DNA of 64,000 nucleotides from Eledone cirrhosa (Eukaryota), in NCBI GenBank assembly GCA_964016885.1, contig OZ024764.1:744001-808000 (forward strand), read 5' to 3'. Shown piece after piece: positions 53,040 through 64,000 of the stretch (positions are counted from its first letter, which is position 1; each line of letters begins with the position of its first letter). The position numbers were made by a program, and so were the translations under genes. The notes under the pieces were generated by a model. That model worked only from the letters and a program-made list of their open reading frames with translations, was not told the DNA's origin and did not search any database.

Positions 53040-53316
53040 ATGCCTGCTAATTGATATGTCCGTTCCAATAGACAAGAATGTATCTATAAAAACCTTTGAA
53101 AAATTGAGCAAGTATAAAGACCTGGAGATAGAGATTGGAAAAATGGGGAAGTTGAATACTAAAACAATACCAGTGGTTGTAGGGGCTCTAGGAATGATAC
53201 CTCAGGGGTCTAACGACTACTTATACCAAATCCCAGGAAACCCGCGTATAGAAGAAATACAAAAGATAGTACTAATGGGAACTGGCCACATACTAAGGAA
53301 GATTCTGTCAATATAA
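53040..53316 (+). mobile_element. R4/Dong-like non-LTR element, restriction-like endonuclease C-terminus
   Basis: CLLIDMSVPIDKNVSIKTFEKLSKYKDLEIEI..IPVVVGALG..IQKIVLMGTGHILRKIL. Confidence 0.85.
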
Positions 53317-53346
53317 GTACATCACAAGTCTAAACACCTAAAGATA

Positions 53347-54510
<1,164 letters not shown>

Positions 54511-54754
54511 ACAATAAAAATGTCCAAAATATATGTATATAAAATTATAAGTAAACAAGATAAAGAAAGAGTTACCTATTCACTTTGTTGTATATATATA
54601 CATATATATAATAAAAAGTAAAGACCCCCTCCTGTCACCAATGACCAGGGATTTGTACCTAGAAAGTTCCCCTCTGAGGCACAAGTCCGGGCAAGGGTGT
54701 TTGTGGAAGACCACCAGTCACCCATGTATACCAGTCTCTCCTCTCCACCCCACC

Positions 54755-54976
54755 GATGTTGTCTAAGGGAAAGGTAATGGCTGATACAGCTTGACACCAG
54801 TGATATAGCATATATATATATACACTACACTATATATGTTGTCCAAGGGAAAGGTAAATGGCTGCTACAGCTTGGCACCAGTGACATTATATATATATAT
54901 ATATATATATACACTACATTATATATGTTGTCCAAGAGAAAGGCAATGGCTGATACAGCTTGGCACCTGTGACATC

Positions 54977-55013
<37 letters not shown>

Positions 55014-55080
55014 TACACTATATATGTTGTCCAAGGGAAAGGCAATGGCTGACACAGCTTGGTACCAGTGACATCACAAC

Positions 55081-55123
<43 letters not shown>

Positions 55124-55189
55124 CACTACACTATATATGTTGTCCAAGAGAAAGGTAATGGCTGACACAGCTTGGTACCAGTGATATTA

Positions 55190-55221
<32 letters not shown>

Positions 55222-55980
55222 CACTACACTATATGTTGTCCAAGGGAAAGGTAATGGCTGTTACAGCTTGGCACCAGTGATATTATATATATATATCATT
55301 TCATCATTTCATTTCATTTCATTTTACGTCCGCTTTTCCCTGCTTGCAAGGGTGGGACGGGAACTGATTCTGGCTTGATTTCTACAGCTGGATGCCCTTC
55401 CTAACACCAACCTCATTTACAGTGAGTGCTGGGTGCTTTTTTTCCGTGGCACCTCCACGACCACTTTGCAGTGGAATGATAGGGACCCCAGTCCCTATCA
55501 TCTCATTTCTACAGCTGAGTAAATATATATATATATATATATATATACACTACACTATATATGTTGAGAAAGGCAATGGCTGCTACAGCTTGGCACCAGT
55601 GACATCACAACATATATATATATATATATATATACACTATATACATATATATATACAGTTTATACACCATATATACACTACACAATATATGTTGTCCAAG
55701 AGAAAGGTAATGGCTGACACAGCTTGGCACCAGTGACATAACATATATACATTATATATACTATATACGTACTATATATACAGTTTATACACCATATATA
55801 CACTACACTATATATGTTGTCCAAGGGAAAGGTCATGGCTGACACAGCTTGGTACCAGTGACATCACAACATATATATATATACACTATATACATATATA
55901 TATAGAGTTTATACACCATATATACACTACACTATATATGTTGTCCAAGAGAAAGGCAATGGCTGATACAGCTTGACACC
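54755..55980. repeat. SINE-tail-derived repeat units separated by (TA)n
   Basis: About 10 copies of tgttgtccaag.gaaagg.aatggctg..acagcttgg.accagtga. Confidence 0.85.
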
Positions 55981-56384
55981 TCATTTCTACAGCTGAGTAA
56001 AGTGGAGCAACGTGAAATAAAGTGTCTTGCTCAAGAACACAACGCATCACGCGGTTCAAGAATCGAATTCACAACCTCACTATTGCAAGCCCAATGCTCT
56101 AACCACTAGGCCACATGCCTTTACTATACATATATATACACATATACATCCTGACGGAATCACAGAACTTTATATGTAGAAGACAGTATATTATAGGGTC
56201 ACTTACCTCAGAATATAACTGGTATGTTGATATGTTGAGCAAAGATTGGAACACAGGCAAGGAGGCGGGCTTTGTAGGGATGTGGATGGGAAGCCAACAC
56301 AACAAGGTATCTGAAGTCCCTGGCAAGAGGCAGGGGAGTGTGGAGGTGATTAGACAGGCATGATGGAGAAGACTTGGGGTGGGG

Positions 56385-57780
56385 GGGTGATGGTGGTGAT
56401 GGTGGTGGTGGTGGTGGTGGTGGTGATGGTAGGGGTGGTGGTGGTGGTGGTAGTGGTGGTCGTGGTAGTGGTGGTGGTGATGGTAGTGGTGGTAGTGGTG
56501 GTGGTAGTGGTGGTGGTGGTGGTAGTGGTGGTGGTAGTGGTGGTGGTGGTGGTGGAGGTGTTGGTGGTGGTGGTGGTAGTGGTGGTGGTGGTGGAGGTGT
56601 TGGTGTTGGTGGTGGTGGTAGTGGTGGTGGTAGTGGTGGTGGTAGTGGTGGTGGTGATGGTAGTGGTGGTGATGGTGGTGGTGGTGGTGGTGGTGGTGGT
56701 AGTGGTGGTGGTAGTGGTGGTAGTGGTGGTAGTGGTGGTGGTGGTAGTGGTGGTGGTGATGGTAGTGGTGGTGGTGGTGGTGGTGGTGGTGGAGATGATG
56801 GTGGTGATGGTGGTAGTGGTGGTGATGGTAGTGGTGGTGGTGTAGTGTTGGTGGTAGTGGTGGTGGTGATGGTAGTGGTGGTGGTGGTGGTGGTAGTGGT
56901 GGTGGTGGAGATGATGGTGGTGATGGTGGTAGTGGTGGTGATGGTAGTGGTGGTGGTGTAGTGTTGGTGGTAGTGGTGGTGGTGGTGACAGTGGTGGTGG
57001 TGGTGGTGGAGATGATGGTGGTGATGGTAGTAGTGGTGGTGATGGTAGTGGTGGTGGTGTAGTGTTGGTGGTAGTGGTGGTGGTGATGGTAGTGGTGGTA
57101 GTGGTGGTGGTGGTGGTGGTGATGGTAGTGGTGGTGGTGGTAGTGGTGGTGGTGGTAGTGGTGGTGGTGGTGGTAGTGGTGGTGGTGATGGTAGTGGCGG
57201 TAGTGATGGTAGTGGTGGTGGTGATGGTGATGATGGTGGTGGTGATGGTGGTGGTGGTGGTGATGGTGATGATGGTGGTGGTGATGATGGTGGTAGTGTT
57301 AGTGATGGTGGTGGAGATGATGGTGGTGGTGGTGGTGATGGTGGAGATGATGGTGGTGGTGGTGGTGATGATGGAGATGGTGGTGGAGGTGGTGGTGATG
57401 GTGGTGATGGTGGAGATGATGGTGGTGATGGTGGTGGAGATGATGGTGGTGGTGGTGGTGGTGATGGTGGTGGAGATGGTGGTGGTGGTGATGGTGATGG
57501 TGGAGATGGTGATGGTGGTGATGGTGATGGTGGTGATGGAGATGATGATGGTGATGGTAGTGATGGTGGAGAAGGTGGTAGTGGTGATGATGATGGTGGT
57601 GGTGGAGATGGTGGTGGTGGTGGAGATGATGGTAATGGTAGTGATGGTGGTGATGGTGGAGAAGGTGGTAGTGGTGACGCTGATGATGATGGTGGAGATG
57701 GTGGTGGAGATGGTGGTGGAGATGGTGGTGGTGGTGGTGGTGATGGTGGAGATGGTGGTGGTGGTGGAGATGGTAACAAT
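56385..57780. repeat. 1.4-kb (GGT/GAT/AGT)n microsatellite
   Basis: Direct inspection; it generates the spurious poly-P/V/G/H ORFs. Confidence 0.97.
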
Positions 57781-57861
57781 GGTGAATTTTAAAAGTATGA
57801 GGAGGAACCAAGATGGCCGTCAGTGAGTTGTGGGGAAGTAAAGACACTAGGGTTGGTGTCC

Positions 57862-57960
57862 TCATATCAAGAAATGGAAGAGGAACGTTCCGGAGGCCAC
57901 CAGGTGGCTGAGATATCCCAGGGACGACCACTTGTCTAGGGTATGTTGCATGTCGTAACC
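57862..57960 (-). CDS. Terminal coding exon of an uncharacterised multi-pass membrane protein
   Basis: Acceptor ttttctctaattgcag, phase 0, GYDMQHTLDKWSSLGYLSHLVASGTFLFHFLI*; in frame with the preceding exon. Confidence 0.75.
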   Translation of the reverse strand, partial: GYDMQHTLDKWSSLGYLSHLVASGTFLFHFLI

Positions 57961-58027
57961 CTGCAATTAGAGAAAATACAAGTTTGGGGTGAAGTCTACT
58001 GGTATGAAATACAAATACACACACACG

Positions 58028-58059
<32 letters not shown>

Positions 58060-58849
58060 TATATATATATCATCATCATCATTTTACGTCCGCTTTTTCC
58101 CTGCTTGCAAGGGTGGGACGGGAACTGATTCTGGCTTGATTTCTACAGCTGGATGCCCTCCCTAACACCAACCCCATTTACAGTGAGTGCTGGGTGCTTT
58201 TTTGCCGTGGCACCTCCACGACCACTCTGCAGTGGAAAGATAGGGACCCCAGTCCCTATCATCTCATTTCTACAGCTGAGTGAACTGGAGCTATGTGAAA
58301 TAAAGTGTCTTGCTCAAGGAAACAACACATCACCCGGTCTGAGAATTGAACTCACAACCTTTCGATTGCAAGGCCAATGCTCGAACCACTAAGCCATGTG
58401 CCTCCATATATATATATATATATATATAAATAAACACTCCTTTTTCTGAGGGGACTCTTTATAAGCCGTATCAACCTCACAGCAATGATGAACTTTTATA
58501 GTGCAGATATCGTTGCACACGGATCAGCGAAACTGCAGTCGGGAATTTCAAGAAAAAATAGGTATATTTTTGTCTATTATTTCCTCATATTTTGTAATTT
58601 TATATATATATACATACACACATCATCATCACTGCTTTATGTCCGTTCTTCCACGCTAGCATGGGTTAGACAGGTTGTCCTGTTGTGGACAATGCTAGGT
58701 CAGATGGCCTTGTCTTGCTCATACGGGAACTGATTCTGGCTTGATTTCTACAGCTGGATGCCCTTCCTAACACCAACCTCATTTACAGTGAGTGCTGGGT
58801 GCTTTTTTTCCGTGGCACCTACACGTCCACTTTACAGTGGCAGGGGGTG

Positions 58850-59290
58850 GGAGCATATTGTCTATATGCTTCAGCTTCAGCTTGTACCTGTGGGAAGTCA
58901 GGTCTTCTGTATTACTGCGTAACACCAGAGGTCACGGTCCTGTCTCAACGCCCTTGAGAGGTGCAATTGGGCAAGGTCGGCTTTTATCACCTCATCCCAG
59001 GTCTTCTTGGGTCTCCCCACTCCATGGCTTCCATCGACTTCTAGTGCTCCGCTCCGCACCTTTTTATGCAGCTGTCATCCTTCATACGCATCACATGTCC
59101 ATACCAACACAACCGCCTCTCCTGCACACAGCATTAGATTCCTCTTATACTGAGTCTCTCTTTCAATTCCTTTATGCCTTGTCATTCGCGTATATTACTA
59201 TTACGCATCCAGGCTTCATTTCTTTCTAATCTACGCAAGTCTTCTACACACAGCGCCCAGGTCTCACTACCATGTAACATTGCTGTTTGT
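58850..59290 (-). mobile_element. RTE LINE C-terminal fragment plus SINE-like tail (intronic); related pieces at 59705-59790 and 63400-63670
   Basis: [40 protein letters not shown]. Confidence 0.8.
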
Positions 59291-59809
59291 ATGTCATCAT
59301 CATCATCCTCATCATCACCGTTTTACGTCCGTTCTTCCACGCTAGCATGGGTTAGACGGGTTGTCCTGTTGTGAGCAGTGTCTGGTCGGCTGACCATGCC
59401 TTGCTCATACAGGAACTGATTTGGCTTGATTTCTACAGCTGGATGCCCTTCCTAACACCAACCTCATTTACAGTGAGTGCTGGGTGCTTTTTCGTGGCGC
59501 CTACACGTCCACTTTACAGTGTGGACTGGGTGCTTTTTTGCCGTGGCGCCTACACGTCCACTTTACAGTGTATGTATATTGTACAATCTGCCCATTCATT
59601 TAACCCTTTAGCATTTAAACTGGCCATATCCAGCCAAAACTCTCTCACCTCTTTCTGTTCAAACCTGCTATAACCAGCCACTCATACTAATATTAACATA
59701 TTATTCTCGCCCAGGTCTCACTACCATGTAACATTGCTGTTCGTATACATGCATCATACAGTCTGCCTTTCATTTCGAGGGAAAGCCTTTTGCAGCTAGC
59801 AGTGCTTAC

Positions 59810-59914
59810 CTTTTCTTCGTGTCCGCTACTATCAAACATAAGACCGAGATAAGCCAGGTGGAAGACTGCGAGGACACCGAAGGCTGTGTTGGTTAACATG
59901 ACATACGGATGGTT
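59810..59914 (-). CDS. Internal exon (105 nt) of the same membrane protein gene
   Basis: tatttccag acceptor and AAG|gtaagc donor; NHPYVMLTNTAFGVLAVFHLAYLGLMFDSSGHEEK includes a hydrophobic helix. Confidence 0.8.
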
Positions 59915-60039
59915 CTGGAAATATATTGATACAGTGATAGATTGATAGATAATAATCAATAGAGGCTAAAGTGGACATTGACAAGGATTGGAGTAAAACA
60001 GATTTTTGATGGTGGACTGTAGAATAGGGGGGGGGGGTT

Positions 60040-60590
60040 GAGTTAGAGAGGGGGAGGAGAGAGAGATAGGAGAGAGAGGAGAGAGGAGGGAGAGATAGGA
60101 GGGAGAGAGAGAGAGAGATAGGAGAGATAGAGAGATAGGAGAGAGAGAGAGAGAGAGATAGGAGGAAGAGATAGGAGAGAGAGAGAGAGATAGGAGGGAG
60201 AGAGAGATAGGAGGGAGAGAGAGGGAGATAGGAGGGAGAGAGGGAGAGAGAGAGAGAGAGAGGAGGGAGAGAGATAGGAGAGAGAGAGAAATAGAAGAGA
60301 GAGATAGGAGGGAGATAGGAGAGAGAGATAGGAAGAGAGAGAGAGAGATAGGAGGGAGAGATAGGAAGAGAGAGATAGGAGGAAGAGAGAGAGAGAGAGA
60401 TAGGAGGGAGATAGGAGAGAGAGAGAGATAGAAAGATATATATATATATATAAAGAGAGAGAGAGCGAGAGAGAGAGATAGGAGAGAGAGAGAGATAGAA
60501 AGTTAGAGAGAGAGAGTTAGAGAAAGAGAGAGAATGAGAGAGAAAGAGACAGAGACAGAGATGGGGAGAGAGAGGAGAGAGAGAGAGAGA
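60040..60590. repeat. Purine-rich (GA)n/(GATAG) microsatellite in intron
   Basis: Direct inspection. Confidence 0.9.
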
Positions 60591-60603
60591 GGTAGATACT
60601 CAC

Positions 60604-60689
60604 CGACTTTGTAGAATGTTTACAGTTGTCTTTACATTTCTTGGCCAAGATACAGGCATTGTAGATGCTGGCAAGTTTCTCTCTGAATA
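60604..60689 (-). CDS. Internal exon (86 nt) of the same gene; reading frame uncertain
   Basis: ttattttccacag acceptor and G|gtgagt donor; likely frame YSERNLPASTMPVSWPRNVKTTVNILQS. Confidence 0.6.
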
Positions 60690-60725
60690 CTGTGGAAAAT
60701 AACCGTGTCACAGGCAGAATTATTG

Positions 60726-60805
<80 letters not shown>

Positions 60806-61384
60806 TATATATATATATATGAATATATATGTTACAACACTACTGAAAATACTATATATATGAATTTTAACATGTCTATTGAGCACTTTTATTCGATATG
60901 TGTATTTCCACATTTCCTCGAATAGTTTTCGCGGATGTAGAGGTTATCTCCCTTGCCGGATTCCATGTGCGTATTTTGCTTGTAGTTAGCCTCTTATCCG
61001 CTAGGACGAAACTCGTTGAAGACGTAAACTTCCAGTCCGCTTGCTCTAGAAGTCTTATATATTTATATGTGAGCTGATAGAGTACAGTCTAAGGATTTAC
61101 AGAAACCCAAGAAGCTAGATTTAACACCTTTCTAGTGGGTCCGGGTATGATTTTACATTCATTTAAATTATTGATGTATTGTTTTATTGATATTTTTTAT
61201 CTGATTGTCCCGAATCTTCTATTATCGATTTTTTATCGTATGGTTGATTTTAGACTTGTTCTATGTGTGACGGTATTTTAACGATAGTTATAGCTCTGAT
61301 TCATCTGAATTATTGAGCCCTCTGCCGCTCATTTCGAATTTTGTTTATCGTGAACTCGTGCGCTGATTTTTTGATACTCGATCA

Positions 61385-61422
<38 letters not shown>

Positions 61423-61681
61423 CCTAGCTTACGCTAACAGAATAACTATGAAGCTTGTTTCCTTCCTCTACGGTTAGCCCTACTCTGTTGTTCTCCTGTC
61501 TCACTCGCTTTACGCGTTTTAATTGCCCTAATAACTTAATTTAGTTATTATTGCACCGACGTGAGGTATATGATTTTTAATGCAATGAAATACCTATGAT
61601 CGTCGGCAAATCACTGATGAGGGACTCATTTTATAACATGTTATCCATGTGCTACCAGCAGTATTTTTCTCCCCATTTTAT

Positions 61682-61733
<52 letters not shown>

Positions 61734-61854
61734 TGCAGAGGTTATATTTAATTTGTTGGGATTCAACAAGCTTAAAAATGTTTATAACTGATATAAAGCA
61801 CTCAACAAGTTAGTGGAGTAAATACACAATATATTAATAAATGGAAACTATATT

Positions 61855-61920
61855 TATTTCATTATACATATTTCAAGAGCAACCAAGGCAAATTATGGTG
61901 CGCTTTCATCAGATAAAATA
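61855..61920 (-). ncRNA. Type I hammerhead ribozyme motif, left arm of palindrome 61826-62133
   Basis: TATTTTAT-CTGATGA-AAGCGCACC..GGTTGCTCTT-GAAA-T atgt A-TA-ATGAAATA: 8-bp stem I, imperfect stem II, 1-bp stem III, AUA site. Confidence 0.7.
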
Positions 61921-62024
61921 TAGATTTGTTTTATAAATAAATATTGACATACCCGGAAAAAAGACAACCGTTAAGGTTGACTTTTTTTCCGGGTATGTCA
62001 ATATTTATTTATAAAACAAATCTA

Positions 62025-62090
62025 TATTTTATCTGATGAACGTGCACCATAATTTGCCTTGGTTGCCCTTGAAATATGTATAATGAAATA
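62025..62090 (+). ncRNA. Hammerhead motif, right arm (stem II more degenerate)
   Basis: tattttat-CTGATGA-acgtgcacc..ggttgccctt-GAAA-t atgt a-TA-atgaaata. Confidence 0.55.
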
Positions 62091-62128
62091 AATATGGTTT
62101 TATAAATATAGTTTCCATTTATTAATAT

Positions 62129-62173
<45 letters not shown>

Positions 62174-62384
62174 CGATACAGTTCGACTGACGGTGTCAAA
62201 TATTTACGTATGTGTGTATGTGTGATCATCATCACTGTTTTACGTCCGTTCTTCCACGCTAGCATGGGTTAGACGGGTTGTCCTGTTGTGGGCAGTGTCC
62301 AGTCGGCTGACCTTGTCTTGCTCATACGGGAACTGATTCTGGCTTGATCTCTACAGCTGGATGCCCTTCCTAACACCAACCTCA

Positions 62385-63372
62385 TTTACAGTGAGTGCTG
62401 GGTGCTTTTTTGCTGTGGCGCCTCCACGACCACTTTACAGTGTGGGCTGGGTGCTTTTTTGCTGTGGCACCTCCACGACCACTTTACAGTGTGGGCTGGG
62501 TGCTTTTTTGCTGTGGCACCTCCACGACCACTTTACAGTGTGGGCTGGGTGCTTTTTTGCTGTGGCACCCCCACGACCACTTTACAGTGTGGGCTGGGTG
62601 CTTTTTTGCTGTGGCACCTCCACGACCACTTTACAGTGTGGGCTGGGTGCTTTTTTGCAGTGGCACCTCCACGACCACTTTACAGTCTGGGCTGGGTGCT
62701 TTTTTGCTGTGGCACCTCCACGACCACTTTACAGTGTGGGCCGGGTGCTTTTTTGCAGTGGCACCTCCACGACCACTCTACAGTGAGTGCTGGGTGCTTT
62801 TTTGCCGTTGCGCCTCCACGACCACTTTATAGTGTGGGCTGGGTGCTTTTTTGCAGTGGCACCTCCACGACCACTTTACAGTGTGGGCCGGGTGCTTTTT
62901 TGCAGTGGCACCTCCACGACCACTCTACAGTGAGTGCTGGGTGCTTTTTTGCCGTTGCGCCTCCACGACCACTTTATAGTGTGGGCTGGGTGCTTTTTTG
63001 CTGTGGCACCTCCACGACCACTTTACAGTGAGTGCTGGGTGCTTTTTTGCAGTGGCACCTCCACGACCACTTTACAGTGTGGGCTGGGTGCTTTTTTGCA
63101 GTGGCACCTCCACGACCACTTTACAGTGTGGGCTAGGTGCTTTTTTGCAGTGGCACCTCCACGACCACTTTACAGTCTGGGCTGGGTGCTTTTTTGCAGT
63201 GGCACCTCCACGACCACTTTACAGTGTGGGCTGGGTGCTTTTTTGCCGTGGCACCTCCACGACCACTTTACAGTGTGGGCTGGGTGCTTTTTTGCCGTGG
63301 CACCTCCACGACCACTTTACAGTGTGGGCTGGGTGCTTTTTTGCCGTGGCACCTCCACGACCACTTTGCAGT
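62385..63372 (-). repeat. 49-bp SINE-derived minisatellite, about 20 copies
   Basis: Reverse complement of the unit at 50600-51200. Confidence 0.95.
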
Positions 63373-63675
63373 GGGAGGGGGTGGGGGCATATTGTCTATA
63401 TGCTTTAGCTTCGGGTCTTCTGTATTACTGCGTGACGCCAGAGGTCACGGTCCTGTGTTGAGAGGTGTAATTGGGCAAAGTCCGCCTTTATCACCTCATC
63501 CCAGGTCATCTTGGGTCTCCCCACTCCGCGGTTTCCATCAACTTCTAGTGCTCTGTACCTTTTTATGCAGCTGTCATCCTTCATACGCATCACATGGCCA
63601 TACCAGCACAACCGCCTCTCCTGCACACAGCATTTGATTCCTCTTATGCTCAGTCTCTCTCTCAATTCATTTATG

Positions 63676-63718
<43 letters not shown>

Positions 63719-63791
63719 ATATATATATATATATACACATATATCTATATATATATATATATATATACACATGTATATATATATATATAGA

Positions 63792-63844
<53 letters not shown>

Positions 63845-64000
63845 ATATATATATATATATATAGATATATATATGTGCATGTGTGTGTATATATATATAA
63901 GGGTGGTGGATTGGCAGTATCGGTGGAGGGTCGGACGCCATGCTTTGACGCATAGAGTTACGGCCCTTTATGATATGAGTTCAAATCCCGCCGAGGTTTA

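Noticed and set aside
54755-55980. Repeat-spacer pattern as CRISPR-like
   Set aside because: Spacers are (TA)n microsatellite and the repeats are a SINE tail.
56208-58060. Poly-Pro, Val, Gly and His ORFs up to 523 aa
   Set aside because: Artefacts of the (GGT)n microsatellite, open in many frames on both strands.
61612-61660. ctgatgagggac as a hammerhead
   Set aside because: The downstream stem II partner and GAAA are missing; at most a truncated pseudo-LTR relic.
62361-63637. Overlapping ORFs of 136-209 aa
   Set aside because: Translations of the 49-bp SINE-derived array.

Overview
Eukaryotic, extremely repeat-dense DNA. The SINE, RTE and CR1 families suggest an octopod cephalopod (inference from family recognition, no search run). 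Most of the window is decayed retroelements (Penelope-like, CRE, HERO, R4/Dong, RTE, CR1, a solo LTR, tRNA-derived SINEs), minisatellites, microsatellites and two recent tandem segmental duplications (about 3-3.8 kb and about 5.4 kb). The only credible host gene is the 3' end of a minus-strand multi-pass membrane protein gene (three exons, 57862-60689), whose first junction is out of frame. Three things stand out. (1) Three unrelated short palindromes, one of them duplicated, are each built from back-to-back type I hammerhead ribozyme motifs. (2) Many minisatellites were amplified in place from coding or catalytic segments of dead retroelements. (3) An unexplained module at 30.1-31.3 kb combines a CpG-rich, Pol III-like structured RNA candidate, an octamer cluster and a B-box array, inside a patchwork of old direct and inverted duplications that may be a decayed large DNA element. 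Coordinates of degenerate elements are approximate.
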